This document shows, one piece after another, positions 57,625-60,096 of a DNA stretch of 60,096 bases. Location: the IMG/VR virus record IMGVR_UViG_3300047548_000544, positions 1-60,096 of that record; one strand, 5' to 3'. The notes below the pieces were generated by a model. The model did no database searches, had not been told where the DNA came from, and saw only the letters and a program-made list of their open reading frames with translations. A program made the translations under genes and the position numbers. Numbering within the stretch: position 1 is the first letter of the stretch; every line of letters starts with the position of its first letter. Origin of the DNA: a virus. Its lineage: Duplodnaviria; Caudoviricetes.

Positions 57625-57783
57625 ATGAGTCTTTTATTAATAAGAATGCTAGAAGTAAGAGACAGATACGAATTACCTCTAACTAATGAAGATGTAAATA
57701 GAATTCGTAAACTTATATTTGACGAAGATGAACAATATGATGATGACAGAATACTAGCTAAAATGGTATCAACACTGGAGTAA
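57625..57783 (+). CDS. 52-aa hypothetical protein
   Basis: Manual ORF MSLLLIRMLEVRDRYELP… with SD AAGGAG. Confidence 0.6.
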   Translation: MSLLLIRMLEVRDRYELPLTNEDVNRIRKLIFDEDEQYDDDRILAKMVSTLE

Positions 57784-57786
57784 GAT

Positions 57787-57936
57787 ATGTGGTTACTAAC
57801 AACGACTTTCCTTATCCCTTTCCTAATAGGTATATCATTAGGGTTCTGTTTCAAAGGGTATCTGAACAGATATGAGAAGAGAAGAGCATTTGATAAGCAT
57901 ATGGATGAGCTATATAAGGAGAGTAACAATGAGTAA
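57787..57936 (+). CDS. 49-aa single-TM protein
   Basis: Manual ORF MWLLTTTFLIPFLIGISLGFCFKG… with SD GGAG. Confidence 0.55.
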   Translation: MWLLTTTFLIPFLIGISLGFCFKGYLNRYEKRRAFDKHMDELYKESNNE

Positions 57937-58069
57937 ACTACTAGCTATTACCTGGATCGTTGTTCTTAGTCATGTATGTATATTGGGTGTGGTGAGCAAG
58001 CAATCTAGCACATTGAAATCCAATATCCAATCGTATTTAAATACCAATGCAAGTCTAGCTATTAAGTAG
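57929..58069 (+). CDS. 46-aa single-TM protein
   Basis: MSKLLAITWIVVLSHVCILGVV… with SD AAGGAG. Confidence 0.55.
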   Translation: MSKLLAITWIVVLSHVCILGVVSKQSSTLKSNIQSYLNTNASLAIK

Positions 58070-58077
58070 ATACGGTG

Positions 58078-58118
58078 CGCAGGCCATATGGCTTGTGACA
58101 CTGCTACGCACGGAGCTC
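58078..58118 (+). repeat. Hairpin plus TGTGACACTGCTACGC-N3-GAGCT element, copy 1 (others at about 58296-58343 and 60049-60094)
   Basis: Identical 16-mer at 58094, 58313 and 60065. Each is preceded by a different-sequence stem ending in the TG(T). Confidence 0.85.
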
Positions 58119-58498
58119 TAACAGACCCGATATATAACTATCATCTTAATGATGTGAATACAAACTAGCACCGCTAATATAGCAACAGCTAGTCTTATCT
58201 AGAGTAGATCAGGGTTGGGTAAGCCAAGCATATAGAAGAATGATTACATCCGGAGTGGGCGATCCTCCTAAAATGCGCATCTGTTATCACTGTCGCAGCA
58301 GGCTAGTACTGTTGTGACACTGCTACGCCAGGAGCTAGTAGCCCAGGTCGGCTAACAGACTCGACCTAATGAGGAAAACACTCTGGTTCTCTAGCCCATA
58401 ATGAGGAAATTGTCTGCTAACTAGCTGTTAATAGGTCGGTCCAAGCTGTTGATATGCAGCAGATCTAGCCGATTAGACAGTGGAAACAGGCATAACAG

Positions 58499-58556
58499 AT
58501 GTGAGCGAAGCTTGTGAGCGTTGGAGCTCACGGCTAGGCCCCAGCCTCGCTCACAT
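58499..58556. other. Structured inverted-repeat element (three-way junction) with multiple GTGAGC/GCTCAC sites
   Basis: A 10-bp outer stem ATGTGAGCGA/TCGCTCACAT encloses TGTGAGC/GCTCACG and GGC/GCC hairpins. Confidence 0.6.
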
Positions 58557-58815
58557 TTTATGCTCACAATATTAACTACTTAAGAACAGTTTCGTCCTCA
58601 ACTAATGCTCAACTCCGGTATTCAGAGGGTTACAGGCTTAGTGATGTATTAGATAGGTGTTAGGTATGTATATGGGATGTGGTTGAGTTTATTAGGTAAG
58701 CTATAGAAGTGTTACTAGAATGTCCTGTATTAGCTTAGGAATGATTAGTGTTTGTCTTATGAGAGTTGGAACAGACACGATAGATAGTTATAAGAAATGT
58801 GATTGTGGAGGTTTT

Positions 58816-59199
58816 ATGGTTAAGCTAGAAAAGGGGTTCTATGGTAGTAATTGTGCGACTCTTGGAGCTTACAACTATAGAGGCTTTGATATCGTAGTTG
58901 ATGATGATATGAGTATGCCAAATGAAGGCGGAGAGTTCGCTGTTGGAGTCTATACAGCTAGTAATGGAGCTGATGGTTATATGGAAGACTTGATAGACAT
59001 TGAATACGATAGTGGCTTTAGCTTGAGTAAGGCATGCAAGATAGTCGATAAGATTATTGACTGGCATTTAGCTAGCAAGCAAAGATGTCAGAGTGTTGTT
59101 AATAGTGGCTTAGAAATGGAAGCGATTAATAAGTGTACTTGTGGAGCTAAGCATACGAGCAATCCTGAGTTTCACATGAGTTGGTGTGATAAGAAGTAG
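58816..59199 (+). CDS. Hypothetical protein with a C-terminal CxC..H..WC motif
   Basis: Likely start 58816 (SD GGAGG). Ends KCTCGAKHTSNPEFHMSWCDKK. Confidence 0.7.
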   Translation: MVKLEKGFYGSNCATLGAYNYRGFDIVVDDDMSMPNEGGEFAVGVYTASNGADGYMEDLIDIEYDSGFSLSKACKIVDKIIDWHLASKQRCQSVVNSGLEMEAINKCTCGAKHTSNPEFHMSWCDKK

Positions 59200-59205
59200 G
59201 AGTTT

Positions 59206-59421
59206 ATGGAAGTAATTGAGCGACTATATACCGACAAGATAAGAGTTTGGGATGTCTATGTGGACATTAGTGTACATATTGGTGTAGTGAAGTTTAATAA
59301 AGAAAGTGAGAATATGAGTTTTAAGATGCGACCAAATGAGTCGCACATGGTTAAGCATATAGTTAGAGCAATGGATGTAATTAAGAGTAGATTAGCAGAT
59401 GAAGTGTTATTAGAGGAGTAA
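59206..59421 (+). CDS. Hypothetical protein
   Basis: SD AGGAG, 71 aa. Confidence 0.65.
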   Translation: MEVIERLYTDKIRVWDVYVDISVHIGVVKFNKESENMSFKMRPNESHMVKHIVRAMDVIKSRLADEVLLEE

Positions 59422-59463
59422 GCTCTAACAGACTCGATATTAATACATAACAAAGAGGTATGT

Positions 59464-59682
59464 ATGATTACTAAACAACTTGCTAAATTATGTCTAGTGA
59501 AGAATTGCTTCTTATATAAAGGTAGAGTTTATGAACTTCTATATAAGAATAGCAAAGAAAAGAAGTTGAATGCTAAAGCAGGTCAGAAGCATAAGTATCG
59601 AGTAATGATAAGTGATGATGATTATGACTACGTAGATACTAAAACAACTAAGCAATTAAATAAGTTTTTGAGGTCTGTATGA
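59464..59682 (+). CDS. Hypothetical basic protein
   Basis: SD GAGGT, preceded by an AACAGACTCGATA motif. Confidence 0.65.
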   Translation: MITKQLAKLCLVKNCFLYKGRVYELLYKNSKEKKLNAKAGQKHKYRVMISDDDYDYVDTKTTKQLNKFLRSV

Positions 59683-60035
59683 AGAAGTTTGTTAAATACA
59701 AAGATAGATGCAGAACCAATCATGCTGGAAGTTCTACTTGTCCAGGATGTGATCCTGATTGTTGGCTTGATGATGAGCTGATGAAGGTTGAGTTATTTGA
59801 AATCAAGGACTTACCAGAGTTAGACTATGCAGGGTGGGAAACAGTCGACTTCGATAAGATGGAGCATTACTTCGATGATGGAGTAAATCCTAAGAATACA
59901 AGAGCACTTCAAAGAAGAAGTGAACATGATTGGGTATACATGGATGATTGGGGGAATTGGGTTAACTTTGATATGGGGTGTGGGGAGACAACTGTATTAG
60001 AAGAGTACTATCAACTATGGCTGAAGAAGAAGTAG
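59679..60035 (+). CDS. Hypothetical protein with an N-terminal Cys cluster
   Basis: ATGA overlap with the previous gene. C..H....CPGC...C motif. Confidence 0.65.
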   Translation: MKKFVKYKDRCRTNHAGSSTCPGCDPDCWLDDELMKVELFEIKDLPELDYAGWETVDFDKMEHYFDDGVNPKNTRALQRRSEHDWVYMDDWGNWVNFDMGCGETTVLEEYYQLWLKKK

Positions 60036-60096
60036 AAGCAGGTTGTTGCACGCGCCCTAACGCGTGTGACACTGCTACGCATAGAGCTCGTAGTCC

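Noticed and set aside
470-57929. Many antisense or nested ORFs in the track (e.g. 481-915, 14136-14384, 21700-22107, 30567-30950, 55001-55465, 57558-57929)
   Set aside because: They are shadow frames of well-supported genes on the other strand or frame, with no SD or motifs.
58500-58570. lac operator / vector contamination
   Set aside because: Only half-sites (TGTGAGCG, GCTCACAAT) are present, without the GGATAACAATT context or any vector sequence.
58360-58630. Hammerhead ribozyme (CTAATGAGGAAA on plus; GAGGACGAAAC on minus)
   Set aside because: There is no CUGANGA core correctly paired with a stem II and GAAA on either strand.
58094-60080. CRISPR mini-array
   Set aside because: The repeat is only 16 bp, with spacings of about 220 and 1750 bp and whole genes in between. 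No cas genes.
1-60096. Genome-wide TAG reassignment (code 15) suggested by the CUA tRNA
   Set aside because: Very long ORFs are intact in code 11. Read-through of the TAG stops I checked (8415, 17086, 54973) hits another stop within a few to 15 codons and fuses nothing.

Overview
This is a 60-kb segment of a large AT-rich contractile-tailed (myovirus-type) phage genome, read in the standard code. It contains no capsid, terminase or integrase gene. From left to right: (1) 1-5.2 kb, an auxiliary protein-homeostasis and translation cluster (phage GroEL, degenerate DNA MTase, dimeric dUTPase, HNH, peptide deformylase, M15 endolysin, a tRNA, Pth2-like protein); (2) 5.2-10.2 kb, replication (SF2 helicase, DnaB-like helicase, primase, HNH); (3) 10.2-12.9 kb, a holin-like gene and a duplicated accessory module with a Dps/ferritin-like gene; (4) 12.9-54.6 kb, a minus-strand tail module (fibres, very large baseplate proteins, hub, spike, tape measure, frameshifted chaperones, three tube paralogues, sheath, neck, a NUDIX-domain protein); (5) an RpoD-like sigma factor that ends before region 4.2, matching about 20 -10-only promoters in the window; (6) 55.7-60 kb, small probable early genes with repeated motifs. 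The most striking candidate novel system is a compact operon at 4336-5177. A promoter drives a leader minigene ATG-AGA-TAG-ATG-ACT-AAG-CCA-CCA-TAA (M-R-amber-M-T-K-P-P-stop). It is followed by a hairpin that hides the Shine-Dalgarno of a 92-aa unknown gene, then a Pth2-like gene, then a tRNA whose anticodon loop is centred on CUA (amber) and overlaps UCU (AGA). This looks like a translational attenuator that senses amber read-through or termination. All functional assignments come from motifs read by eye; no searches were run.
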